Part shown: in pieces, positions 46,732 through 57,361 of the stretch | Layout of the letters: every line of letters begins with the position of its first letter | Numbering within the stretch: the stretch's first letter is position 1 | Notes under the pieces: model-generated | Databases searched by the model: none | What the model saw: the letters and a program-made list of their open reading frames with translations, nothing else | What the model was told of the DNA's origin: nothing | Origin: Schizochytrium sp. TIO01 | Taxonomy: Eukaryota; Protista; Bigyra: Labyrinthulomycetes | Length of the DNA: 64,000 nucleotides | Direction: 5' to 3' | NCBI GenBank assembly: GCA_004764695.1 | Contig: SMSO01000014.1 | Span: forward strand, 1,917,648 to 1,981,647 | Translations under genes and position numbers: made by a program

Positions 46732-49068
46732 ATGAGTCAAGGTTTAAATCTTAGTCTCAGGCTGCCTGTTGCTCAGGTAGAGAGACCAAACAATGGTGAA
46801 AAATTCGTCTTGCCAAAGTGGGCGTGCAAACCATCATGCGGAGCTGCCCTTCACGTAACTAAAAATGGGGAAACACTTTCAACGCTTCGTCTTGATGAAC
46901 ATGTTTACTTTATGCTTGGCCGCTCGCCCAAAGTGGGTCCAGAAGGTCATGGATTCACAATCAATCACCCCACCCTTTCTAGACAGCATGCTGTGATTGT
47001 TCACGGTGCTGACGAAACCCTGTATATTATTGATCTCGATACAAAAGCTGGCACATGGGTCAACAAAGAAAGACTTCAGCCCTACTGCCCCAAGCTTCTT
47101 GAAAATGCCAACATTCTTACCCTCGGTCACTCCACGCGACGCTACGTGGTGCGCCTCTTTCCTATGGAGTGCCAGCTCTTCGCAGCTAACAAAGGAAACT
47201 CATCGATGTCGCAAAGGGGCTTCTCAGGACTTCGAGTAAGTACCCCTGGGCGTTCTGGCGCGGGGCGCGACCAGAAGAACAGCAACGATGAGACGCACCC
47301 AAAACAATTCACCAAGATCTCCAGCCCCAAGGGCTCCATAGCCGTAACAGGCCATGCAGAGCCTTATTCTAATGCTGTCGCAACCACAGTTAACGCAGCA
47401 ACAAGAGCTGGCAAAGGGACCCCCAAATTGCACATTGATGGGTCTGGTGCACCTGATGGCGAATCTACCATGACAAATGATGACGATGATGATGATGATG
47501 ATGACGAGGAAGACGAAGTAAGCAGCCCTTTTACGCTCGTTGAATCTCGACAGCGTAATGCCAATTTGCGCCAGGCCAAGTGGCACTCTGGCTTGAATGC
47601 CATGGTTGCATATCCATCACCTAAATCGATGCTGGGGCGTCGTGATAGCGATTCACCCGTGTCTCCGTCGCTCTCAGCAGCAGATATGGCTGCTGCCGTA
47701 GCAGCTACTGCAAGCCCAGTTGCTTCGCCTGTGATTCAACCTCAAGTCCGATCAAGGGGTAATTCTGGTTTAGGCTCAAATGTGGAAACATTCCCCAAGC
47801 TTCCGCCTACACAGCTTTCTCTTTCAGACGGTTTGCCCAAACCCCGTGCAAGATCTTTGTCTACATCTTGTTCTTTTTCTTCTCGGACTTCGATTGCCTC
47901 TCCAAGAGGTACGACCGGGTCTGGTCTCCTTGTATCGTCTCCAACTCTTACCACCGGTCTTCAACTGTCGCACAGCCTTCCCTCATCGTCCTGCATGGAC
48001 GAACTATCTCTCGAGCCATACCGCCTGCAACATGAAGCATACCATCGCGTTGTACATCCTCATCATCGTTCAAAATCGCCTTTCCAGAGATCTCGCTCGA
48101 ACTCAATGTCTGCTGCCATGAAGAGGCGTGCACCACAACAGTTGCTTTCACACGCAACTCAGCGTCGGCGAAGTGTTCTTGGCCCGTGTCGCCGAGTAAG
48201 CTTTTCACAGGCCGGCCCTGAAGTTATTGATGCCACAGAACGTTCCCCAACATCAGCAGCTGATTCCTCGCATAGCTCCAGTCATCACATGGACACCAAG
48301 GAAGATAGCCCATATGGGCCTCAACACCCTCCCGCCTTAAACGGTGGGTCTTCTTCTTCCTCTTCCCATGCCCTGCCATCATCTGACTCTAGCGAATCTC
48401 TGACTCAGACAGCGTCCGCTTCCATAGGATCAAACAACAATCAGAGCACCGGCTGCAGTAAAAACAACTGCCATGATAGCGATCGGGATTTTACAATGAC
48501 AACTGGATCTTCTGGGAGGCCTGGCAAGCTTGAGATCGCCTCAGATGGTAGTGGCCTGTCCTCCTCGTCCGAAGCCTCAACGTCTTCGAACATGTCAGAA
48601 AGGGTTTACACGACCGGTAAAATACTAATGGGAGCGGCGTTTCTCCCTCGTAATACGTCTACCTCTTCCCTTTCTTCGCACTCTTCTGGGTCTTCCTCGG
48701 AGCACCTGGATGACGCCAGCGATGGAAGTGCGCCGGTATCTAAACGCTCGGGCCATGCACCTCCGCGACTTAGCCTTCGAGAAGGCATTAAACCTCTTTT
48801 CAACGCAGGATTCTCAGAAACGAAATCTTCTAATAGCAAGCGCCGGGATCTGTCATTAACACCAAGTGCCATGCTTGGAGTCAGCCCTGAAGGTTGGCCT
48901 TCCTCGCCGGCTGCCTTACGCGCACGATTTCGCAACCCGCACACCCACTCGAGAAGCAGCCATCGTCCGGACCAAAGCCCCTCCAAGAACTCATCTTGTG
49001 ATACCAAACTCCACCAGGCTTTTGACAACCTTTGCGAAGAGCTTTCTCCCAAGATTGGCAAAAAGTGA
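46732..49068 (+). CDS. FHA-domain protein with an RVxF PP1-docking motif, NIPP1 (PPP1R8)-like, 778 aa
   Basis: N-terminal 'LPKWACKP' precedes an FHA domain (FMLGRS...INHPTLSRQHAVI...IIDLDTKAGTWVN...LTLGHSTRRYVVR). An acidic tract and 'RRVSFSQAGPEVID' (RVxF at 48193-48204) resemble NIPP1 RVTF...EII. The tail is long, Ser-rich and disordered. Confidence 0.85.
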   Translation: MSQGLNLSLRLPVAQVERPNNGEKFVLPKWACKPSCGAALHVTKNGETLSTLRLDEHVYFMLGRSPKVGPEGHGFTINHPTLSRQHAVIVHGADETLYIIDLDTKAGTWVNKERLQPYCPKLLENANILTLGHSTRRYVVRLFPMECQLFAANKGNSSMSQRGFSGLRVSTPGRSGAGRDQKNSNDETHPKQFTKISSPKGSIAVTGHAEPYSNAVATTVNAATRAGKGTPKLHIDGSGAPDGESTMTNDDDDDDDDDEEDEVSSPFTLVESRQRNANLRQAKWHSGLNAMVAYPSPKSMLGRRDSDSPVSPSLSAADMAAAVAATASPVASPVIQPQVRSRGNSGLGSNVETFPKLPPTQLSLSDGLPKPRARSLSTSCSFSSRTSIASPRGTTGSGLLVSSPTLTTGLQLSHSLPSSSCMDELSLEPYRLQHEAYHRVVHPHHRSKSPFQRSRSNSMSAAMKRRAPQQLLSHATQRRRSVLGPCRRVSFSQAGPEVIDATERSPTSAADSSHSSSHHMDTKEDSPYGPQHPPALNGGSSSSSSHALPSSDSSESLTQTASASIGSNNNQSTGCSKNNCHDSDRDFTMTTGSSGRPGKLEIASDGSGLSSSSEASTSSNMSERVYTTGKILMGAAFLPRNTSTSSLSSHSSGSSSEHLDDASDGSAPVSKRSGHAPPRLSLREGIKPLFNAGFSETKSSNSKRRDLSLTPSAMLGVSPEGWPSSPAALRARFRNPHTHSRSSHRPDQSPSKNSSCDTKLHQAFDNLCEELSPKIGKK

Positions 49069-49746
49069 TGAATTGAACAGATAGTGTGTTGACTCGTTTG
49101 ATGTCTTAGTCAAATTCACATTGTACTTCGCCATCTCTTTTTTCTGTCCACCCCACTTAATGAAAAATGTAGTGTGTTATTATTTTCATAAATTTCTCTT
49201 CATAGGACACTTCGTTCTTGCCTTTCACTCCTACTTCAGCCCCAAAGCAACTTGTGTAGTGATTAATCGTTTTTAATGTCCTACATCTTGAATTTCTCGA
49301 GATATTATCTCTTAAGAATAATAATCCGATAGGTGGTAAAAGAACAATAGGAAAAATCAAAAAGTTCAGCATATTACGAGACACCAAAACACAAGCTCTT
49401 TCCAAAGAAAAAGGCCTAACGAGAAGAGAACATATAAAAACATATAAAAAGGAGTAAAGCAGTTGATTATTGTATAATGCTTTTCTGTAGTTACTGAATG
49501 TGCAAACGACGGCAAATTCGTCGCTTGGATCGCATAACCCTTGCAATGCGCTAGATTATCTGAGTCGTCAAATGCAAAAGTTCACGCACTTAACAAATGT
49601 GTTACTTTTATTGAATCTTGGTTGAACAAAAGGAAACAGATGTGTAGGCACGAAGAGAAGATAGCGAATACCAAGAGAGTTTTGAAAGCAGGAGCAGCAG
49701 CAAAGAGCAGCAGTTCAAGATTAAAAACACTCAATTCAATGCTTGC

Positions 49747-52521
49747 TTACTTCACAAGCAAACGCTGAAAGCCCTCGTGGGCAAACGGCAAAACCTGAAC
49801 AATCTCGCATCGCAAGCTGACCTTGCATGCATCGTGGCCATCCTTGAACGTGATTTCTGCCAATACAGAAGCACCTGTGGTGGTCTTGACAGAGAAGTAG
49901 CCAACCTGCTGATCCTCAGTAGGAGAACGAGTAGCAATGTGAAAGATATTGTGTTGCTGCAAAACAGGAATGACTTGGTCAATCTGGTTTGACACAAGGC
50001 CGCGCAAGGTCGTAGCCTGACCCTTCGCCTCACCAAGGTTCTTCCAGTTCTCAATGAACTCCTTTTTGCCCAGGCTTCCTTGCTCAACAAAGAGCACGTA
50101 GAATGGAAGAGAGATCTTGAAATACTTGATGGAACCCAATGCTACGTTTTTGAGAGCCACATCAATCGTCAAGTTGGGCGCGACGCCAGGCTGGGCCATT
50201 TCTGGCCGTGTCACGATAGGGACACTAAATCGGGTCTTTGGGCCACCTTGCATTAGTACCATACCAAGGTCGATGTTGACCGATGCTGGGGCCAACGCAA
50301 AGGTGTTCTTGTTAAACTGAATGGCAAATTTAGTGAAGGGAGTGGAAGAACCCATGTTGCTAAAGTCAAGATCCAAGTAGATAGAGCCCTCACGGCGAAC
50401 AAAGTCTCCATCGAGCTGCAAACCCTCTGCTTCGGACGCCTGCAAACGAGTCGGAAGAGGGGTTGACGTGCTTCCATCCATCATCATAGAAGGAGAGGAG
50501 TCAAAGCCACCCAAAAGGTCTCCAGAGCCACCAGCATTGGTACTGCTTGAGCTATCGCCAATCGAGAGGCCACCGAAGCCAAGCAGGTCTTCATTATCAT
50601 CCTGCTTCGCAGCTGAACGGCCCTTGCTGCTGGGGGTATCTTCCTCGTCGCTATCTTCGTCGCTACTCTCTTCCTCACTCTCTAGTTCTTCGTCATCTTC
50701 ATCACGCATTCCCGTGCCAAGCGGGATCCGCGTGCGCTTCACAAAAGCAGAAGCTGGTTTGTGGTAAATTGAAGCAAGCGTAGCGATGTTTTCTACCAAA
50801 AGGTCAAGGAGCGCTGGTTCGAGCTGGGCAGAATCATCCACAATCACCGGTTTCTCAGCCAAAACAACACGCTTAGCAGCCTCCGGGTCTGTGGACAGAA
50901 GACGCCAGTAAATGTAACCACGGTCTCTTAAGTCAGGGTTGTCGCTACTCTCAGTAGCCATGGAAAGAACAGACTCCATGATTTCCTTAGTGCCATCCGG
51001 GCGTTTGAGAAAGAGTTTGACAGTGGCAGTCAACAACTGCAGCTGGACTTCTGAAGTTTCATCCTGGAATGCGTCCAAAAAGGTTTCAAGGAGCTCGTCA
51101 GCATTGTCAATACGCTCTGCGTACTCGCCAACAATCCAGATCATAGCAGCCTTAGCCTCAGGCTCATCCAAGGTCTCAAGATTCTCGCAAAGGGTAGCAA
51201 TAATCGACTCGTAGCGATTCGGGAAGCGCCGGAAGATAAAGCTGATGACAATAATAGCCTCCTGAACGACGTAGTTGACCTTGGTCTTAATCAGATCGAG
51301 CAGAACGTTGATGCAGCGCTCTGCAGAACGCTCAAGCTTGATAGCTACACGGCCAATGGCGCGAACAGATGATTTAACAAAATCAATGTCAATCTCGGTT
51401 GCGTACTCTTTGAGCTCAAGGAGAACTTGCTCAGCGTTGCGGTCTGTAGCAAGCTTCACAAGGATCTGTAGCTTCTCCATCTTCACGTAAATCGGATCTG
51501 TGTAGCGGCAAAAGAACACACGCACATCGTTGGAAAGAATAGTCGGCCGCTTCTGCACAATGAGGTTGATGTTGCGGAGAGCAACATACTGAATTTCCGG
51601 CTCAGCGGAAAGCAAGGTGACCAAAGGTGGGGACATCTTGCGAGTCAAGGTCTTGATGGTCTCCTGGGATTCAATCATGTCCAAGTACTTGACAATAATC
51701 TTGACAGCAGACATCACCACAGCAGAGTTGCTGTGCTGGAGGCGAGGAGATACACGCTCTACAATTGACTCAGCCTCACGTGCGCTTGAAGGGTGATAGG
51801 TTGCAAGCGCATCTAGAATGAACACCTGGGACCACTCGCTGCACTCTGCAAGTGCAGCCAGCAGCTTGCTCAGGACAGATCCACTTACAGAGAACACCTT
51901 AGAGCCGTCTGTGCTAAAGCTGGCAATCTCACTGAGTGCTGCAACGGCGTTGGCCACAACAGTTGGATTCGAGTCACTGATGAGATCATGTAAGAGCTCA
52001 AGGAAACCCTGCTCTTCGGCAAGCTCTGGGTTAATGTCATACAGCTTGGCCACACAGATCGCAGCTGTCTTGCGTACGTATGGATCGTCATCTGACAGTG
52101 AACGGCGCAAAGGATCACACAGATACTCAGTAATCTTGTCAACACGAATGCAGCCCATAGTGCGCACAGCCAAAGCACGAATAAGCGGGTTTTGGTCATT
52201 GGCGTCTCGGCGGAAGCAGTTCACAGCAAGGATAGCGACATCGGGTGCCGACTTGGCGTAGTTGATCAAGTAAAGGTACACAAGCTTCTTGAGCTCCACG
52301 TTGTCGGTTTGCATGCAATTAAGCATATCTGGGAAGAGCGGTGCAACGTCCTTGCCGACAGTCATTGCAGCAATAACCTTCTTCACGGCCTCTTTACGGC
52401 GATCGGCCTTGGCATCATTGAGCTCCTCTTTCAGCTCATGCATCTCACCCTTCTTCGTCGTCGAGAAGTACTTGGAGTCACCACCTCCTTTCCTCAAACC
52501 GGCCAAGCTCATCATCATCAT
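49747..52521 (-). CDS. AP1B1: AP-1/AP-2 adaptor complex beta subunit (beta-adaptin), 924 aa
   Basis: The N-terminus (DSKYFSTTKKGE...KEAVKKVIAAMTVGKDV...LKKLVYLYLINYAK...NPLIRALAVRTMGCIRV) and trunk (DNPDLRDRGYIYWRLLSTDP) are highly conserved. The acidic hinge has DLLG clathrin-binding-type motifs and is followed by an appendage domain. It is probably the single shared beta1/beta2 subunit. Confidence 0.97.
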   Translation of the reverse strand: MMMMSLAGLRKGGGDSKYFSTTKKGEMHELKEELNDAKADRRKEAVKKVIAAMTVGKDVAPLFPDMLNCMQTDNVELKKLVYLYLINYAKSAPDVAILAVNCFRRDANDQNPLIRALAVRTMGCIRVDKITEYLCDPLRRSLSDDDPYVRKTAAICVAKLYDINPELAEEQGFLELLHDLISDSNPTVVANAVAALSEIASFSTDGSKVFSVSGSVLSKLLAALAECSEWSQVFILDALATYHPSSAREAESIVERVSPRLQHSNSAVVMSAVKIIVKYLDMIESQETIKTLTRKMSPPLVTLLSAEPEIQYVALRNINLIVQKRPTILSNDVRVFFCRYTDPIYVKMEKLQILVKLATDRNAEQVLLELKEYATEIDIDFVKSSVRAIGRVAIKLERSAERCINVLLDLIKTKVNYVVQEAIIVISFIFRRFPNRYESIIATLCENLETLDEPEAKAAMIWIVGEYAERIDNADELLETFLDAFQDETSEVQLQLLTATVKLFLKRPDGTKEIMESVLSMATESSDNPDLRDRGYIYWRLLSTDPEAAKRVVLAEKPVIVDDSAQLEPALLDLLVENIATLASIYHKPASAFVKRTRIPLGTGMRDEDDEELESEEESSDEDSDEEDTPSSKGRSAAKQDDNEDLLGFGGLSIGDSSSSTNAGGSGDLLGGFDSSPSMMMDGSTSTPLPTRLQASEAEGLQLDGDFVRREGSIYLDLDFSNMGSSTPFTKFAIQFNKNTFALAPASVNIDLGMVLMQGGPKTRFSVPIVTRPEMAQPGVAPNLTIDVALKNVALGSIKYFKISLPFYVLFVEQGSLGKKEFIENWKNLGEAKGQATTLRGLVSNQIDQVIPVLQQHNIFHIATRSPTEDQQVGYFSVKTTTGASVLAEITFKDGHDACKVSLRCEIVQVLPFAHEGFQRLLVK

Positions 52522-55202
52522 GGTGCCTAAATTTGCGATGGTGTCCTATTCAACGAAAGATATTCCCTTAAGTTGCCTGTCCCAACAAATCTTGTTCACA
52601 ATGGGTTTTCTGCGAACTCTCGCAGGTTCTTCTGCAAATAATAAGGGCCGCACCTGGCAAGGATCAGTCTTTCAGAATTATCCTTCTGTTGTCAGCAATA
52701 TGTGCTCGAGGGATTAAATCCACAAGCGGTAATCGTGAGAGTAATTCGATTCACGGATGCTAGATATTGAAGGCTTTCACCTTAAAATTGCCACGAAGCA
52801 ACCTCAAAGAGACCTTTCTGACAACGAAGAGTACCCTTTGCACTTGGCTTTACTGACCAAAGGTCAGTTTGGCCTCGCGGAGTATACTTTGTTCGCAAGC
52901 GCAGGCAAAGCTCTGGTTATTATTAGCACTGCCTACGTGGCAAGAAGGCTGGATGCTGATCCGATGCGGCTCCACGGGGTCTGGGACGGCTAGAGAGGCT
53001 TGATTCGTGAAGAAGCACCGCTCTTAGCGTGCCTCAGTGTCCTCGCCTGAAGCTTCGTCCTCGCAGGACCTGCGCGAGCGCTGAAGAACTTCGATTCTGC
53101 CGCTGCCGCTGCCGCCGCTGCCGGCTTCGAAGAGGCCTTTTGCAGCTGCTAAAATCCGCTTGATAATTTCCAACGTTTTTGCCTTTCTTCTTTTTCTTAT
53201 CTACGATCTTTTCGACCCTTTTCGTCTGATTTAATCCAACACTTAAATCCAACGAAACCTCATCCATTTTCCAACAAATAAATAGGCCATTTAGCCCCAT
53301 TTTAGACCTCTTCTCACGTTAGGCCTTTTATCGATCCGCCATAGGGGTGTTAAGCCCCTTTTCATGCTTACCTCCGAGGCGCTCCGACGGGTGCATAACT
53401 CTCCACATACTCCCTCACTGAAGGTGCTAGATTCACCGAAAACGGCCATTGCGCGTTTTCCCTCAAAGGCCTTTGTTCCTCCGACGGGTCCAACGGATGC
53501 TCCAGAGGGTACTGGGCAAGTCTAGGGCCGGTTAAAGAACAGAGCCGCCAGGCGCGCAGGGTTCCTCCGATTTCCCCGAAGCACCGCACTGTAGGGCGAG
53601 TATGGGTGCAATTCACTCCCTCTTCACACTTTTTTTTTTTTTTTCCCTTTCTCGTTTTTCTTTTTCGCTCCCTCCCTATGGATGCGTCTCTATTGTTTAC
53701 TATAGCCAACCAAGTATCGGCTTGCGAAATAAAGAGGTTTATAGTTTTGTTTATCTTTTTATAGTTTCGAAAAGATTGAGTGAGTGAAGTAAGAGCTCGT
53801 AGCTAACTCTTACTATCTACCATACTCTTTTCCTCAGTTCAAGTCTGAGTGCCGGTGCTAGTGCGCAGCTACGGCTTAGGATAGGGTTCCGGCGGGAAGC
53901 GAATCCGATCGCAGTGCGGGTTCCGCTTAAAAAAGATTTGGAGGCCAATTGGAAATCAATCAATCAATCAATCCATCGAATTCAAATTGAAGGCAGATTT
54001 GAATCCATCGCAGACTTAGATTGAGATTAGTTGCAGACGAAGCGATCGACGGACAGATAAGTCCAGGATACAAAAGGGAAGGAAGGGAGTCCTAGCAGCG
54101 AGTATCTTTGCAGCGCCAGACGCAGAGCCGCTGCAGACCTCCTGCAAACCCGAAACAGCTCGAGAGGCAAAGACAACTTTGAGATAGCAAGCAAGCAGGC
54201 AAGCAGGACATTTCCTCGCCTTGCGCTTCTCTTACGCAACGAAGTCGGTGAGTGCGGCAAAGCAAAACTCGAATACCGCGGCGGATAACTCGGACGAAGT
54301 CGATTGAGCTTACAGAGGTGGTAGACGAAGACAACTCAGCGCACGTTGGCTTTGCTGGTCGAAGCAGTTCGGTCGCGTATTCGCACGATCCTGTTCTTGA
54401 AGCAAGAGAAGATTTGCTCAAAGCACTTATCTATCGGTAGCTATTTCAAGAGGTACAACCGCGACCCTCGAGCAGGTTGTCATCAGGTTGGCACAGCACA
54501 TCTATCGTCGCGCAAAAAACTTTTTTAGAACTAAGCTAGCGGTAGAAAGCCTATCAGATAACAATAGCAACTAGCTCGAAGTGACAAGTTTGAAGCGAAG
54601 AACTACACGTCCTCGAGGAGCTCGTTCTCTACATCATCGAAGTCAGTGTCATTGCCTACTAGGTACCTACCGACCTTCTACCGAGCGGGCCGCCCTGCTC
54701 TGTTCAGAGACTTTTTAGCGGGCCAGGAAGCGCCGCTTAAACTGATTGATTGACTCAGAGGGCTTTGCCTCATCCAGCACAGCGAAGCTCCGCACTGAGT
54801 ACCTATAGTTGTACGGACTTACGTACCTGCTAGCTAGGTAACATACGCGCTACGAGCTCTCGTTTTCTTGCACGAGAATCTCGGACTTATCAACGACAAG
54901 GTCGCTCTCGCTGTGCCAGAGCAACGCGTGAGGTAGGTCGAAGCTAAAGACTGGCGGTTTGATTGGGAGAGAGTCACTCTTGACACTCAAGTTCATCCTA
55001 GAAACTGCTAGCTAATCAATAACTGTAGAGAACATCTTGAAGACGAACGTTTTTGTGCAGCTAGTTGCTGGCGAAATACTTTCTGCTTCAGTGGACAGAT
55101 TTCTGATTGCGGGCATTGATTGGACATTTCAGCACCAAGACATTCTGAGCGCAAGGTTATTTTGGGAGGGCGAATCTGCACAAGTACAAAAGCAAAACCA
55201 GA

Positions 55203-55553
55203 ATGCAGAAAGCAATCTCAAACCCGATTCTTCGAAAGACTACGCAAAGCAGCGAACTTAGAAGCCCTTTAGGAATGTTGATGCGAGGCCAGGCTCTACG
55301 TACCATGGTTCGCACGGACTCTGGTGCCCCTCGACGCGTCCTTGGCGCATCTAAGATTATGATCACTGAAGATCAACAGTACTTGCGTGGAGCTACAGTC
55401 TTTGCGCACCACCACCAGGTCACCTCGTCCAAGGCTCGCGGATATGAGATGCCCGTTGATCGACGTGGGGAATTTATGTTCTCTAACCCAGAAGTATGTA
55501 CTTCAGACGCATCCAGATACGAAATGGGCGACGATGATCTCTTGCATCTGTAA
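55203..55553 (+). CDS. Small hypothetical protein, 116 aa
   Basis: ATG-initiated, non-repetitive ORF with protein-like composition. It lies downstream of a GC-rich promoter-like region, divergent from beta-adaptin and convergent with CSTF2, and is followed by AT-rich 3'UTR-like sequence. No homology recognised. Confidence 0.55.
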   Translation: MQKAISNPILRKTTQSSELRSPLGMLMRGQALRTMVRTDSGAPRRVLGASKIMITEDQQYLRGATVFAHHHQVTSSKARGYEMPVDRRGEFMFSNPEVCTSDASRYEMGDDDLLHL

Positions 55554-56206
55554 GAACATTTATGTATGAAAATTCAAGCAAAGCAATGGCATTTCCAAAA
55601 CCATAGCATTGTGGCAAACTAATTAGGTCTCATTTTGCCAGTGTTAAAGGTAAAAACTGAGACCAAATTAATGCATGTCTTATGCTACAACATTGCATTT
55701 GGCCATCTACTCTTCGCGAGCCATTGCCGAAGAGGTGCTTGCATGCACAACTTGTACAGCTACCACAAACATGTGCACAATTGTAGATATTTACTCGCTC
55801 GTATTATCAGCGTAACAATTTCGTGTGGTGACAGCACAAGCGTTTCATTTAAATACCATTTTTAAAATGGAGGCAGAATGAAGCCTAGCGTCTGCCAACA
55901 ATCTAGTTTAGTAAAGAAGAATACTTTTAATTTATTTACCAATATCAAGCAAGGAAGAAAAGCTGCTGATACGAACCCCTCCCGCCTATTTAGAGAGGGA
56001 ACTCTATTTTTGCCTACCGGCCACGCAGGAATATGGCACGGCATTTTTGCATGGTTTATCCTAAAATTATGCAGCAGGGAATGAGTATTGACTCCGCTCC
56101 GTCTTCATGAATCTCGTTCATGCTCGATAAATTTAAAGTATTAGTCGTAATCTGGTAAAAGTGTAAAAAGAAAGCAGTCAAAATACAGAGTTTGCAACAT
56201 TATCTA

Positions 56207-57361
56207 TCACAAAGCACCAGCAGCACGCATGTACTCTTCGTACTTGGAGCGCTCTTCCGGGTTCAGGGCCGCAACTTGGTCGGGTGTGAGCGATTTAAGT
56301 TGCTCAACAAGTTCGAGGGCCTCGTCAGCAGCCATGGCATCAAATCCATGAGCCGGCTCCTGAGCCGCACTGGAAGTAGACGAGGTTGCTTGTGCCATGC
56401 CAAGCATAAGTTGGGCCGTAAGCAAAGCTTGGGCGAGCACCGGTTTATTCTTGAGCAGGGTCATGGCGTGTTCACGGTCACGTTGAATCAAAAGTTTCAT
56501 CTCAGACACCACATCGTAGACCTCGCTGAGCGTAAGTTTGCGAAGAGCTTGCTCGATTTCCTTCTTGGTGTCTGCGTTGATCCTCGAGGCCCAGGCGCTG
56601 TCCTCTTCATCATCACCTTCGCGGTTGTTTTCTGTTGTATCTACCTTGAGTCTCCTGCCGTTCAAGTCCAGGCCATCAATAGTATTAATAGCAGCCACAG
56701 CGTGCTCATCATCATGAAACTCAACAAAGCCAAATCCCTTGGGCTGACCAGTTGTCTTGTCCAGAGCCATACGAAAACCCTTTACAGGGCCAATCTTCTC
56801 AAAGACATTGCGGATAGTCGTCTCGTCCACACCAAATGGCAGATTACCCACTATTTATATCTCAATTCCATAGATCAATCACACACATACAGCACAAAAC
56901 CACGTACACCAAAAAGCCACCCGCATGAAAAAGTGGCCGAAGAGATCCCAGGGTTAAATAACATCATAGTTACGCATTGCGTTTGTGTCGAAGTTGTTGC
57001 GGTAAAACCAAAAATCCAAGCATCCCATCCAAGATATCAGTCAGTACCAACACCAGGACATCAGCGTGCGAAACACATCACCATAGTCAGCAGAAGATTA
57101 AGACGTTTCGTCGTTAGTCAAAGCTCAATCGATTCAATCATGGCTAGGAAATGAAGAAGTCCAAAAAAAATGCGCTGCTCTGCTGCAAACGGCGCTTTCT
57201 TCGAAGTCGCTAACGAAGACCTTTTTGGGCACCGCCATCCGTTCATTCAGGACACCCAAACATGCCTAGACACAGAGTCAAGCTATCCTGGAGAAGACGG
57301 TGGTAAAGGGGGAGGAGGCATGGGACTTACCGTATACCGTGCGCTTGCTCGTGTTCGACAT
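56207..57361 (-). CDS. CSTF2: Cleavage stimulation factor 64 kDa subunit (CstF-64/Rna15), 2 exons: 57331-57361 and 56207-56850, 224 aa
   Basis: Exon 1 is MSNTSKRTVY-G followed by GTAAGT; the acceptor aaatAG is at 56851. The spliced protein has RNP2 VYVGNLP, RNP1 KGFGFVEF, a hinge (LSEVYDVVSEMKLLI...AMTLLKNKPVLAQALLTAQLMLG) and the C-terminal domain (LVEQLKSLTPDQVAALNPEER). Confidence 0.95.
56851..57330 (-). other. Spliceosomal intron of CSTF2 (480 nt, phase 1)
   Basis: GTAAGT donor at 57330 and TAG acceptor at 56851; splicing completes the RNP2 motif. Confidence 0.92.

Noticed and set aside
49777-52717. Series of plus-strand ORFs over beta-adaptin (and similar ones over the FHA, Sfi1 and TBC genes)
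   Set aside because: Antisense or alternative-frame shadows caused by the codon bias of the real CDSs.
53280-53645. GC-rich segment ending in poly-T, considered as U1, RNase MRP or telomerase RNA
   Set aside because: ATGCTTACCT is better read as a minus-strand splice donor. There is no Sm site or U1 stem-loop motif, no matching P4 halves and no clear telomere template. It is most likely the beta-adaptin first exon and promoter.
56192-57154. 320-aa plus-strand ORF
   Set aside because: It has a TTG start, is mostly the antisense shadow of CSTF2 exon 2, and shows no recognisable domain.
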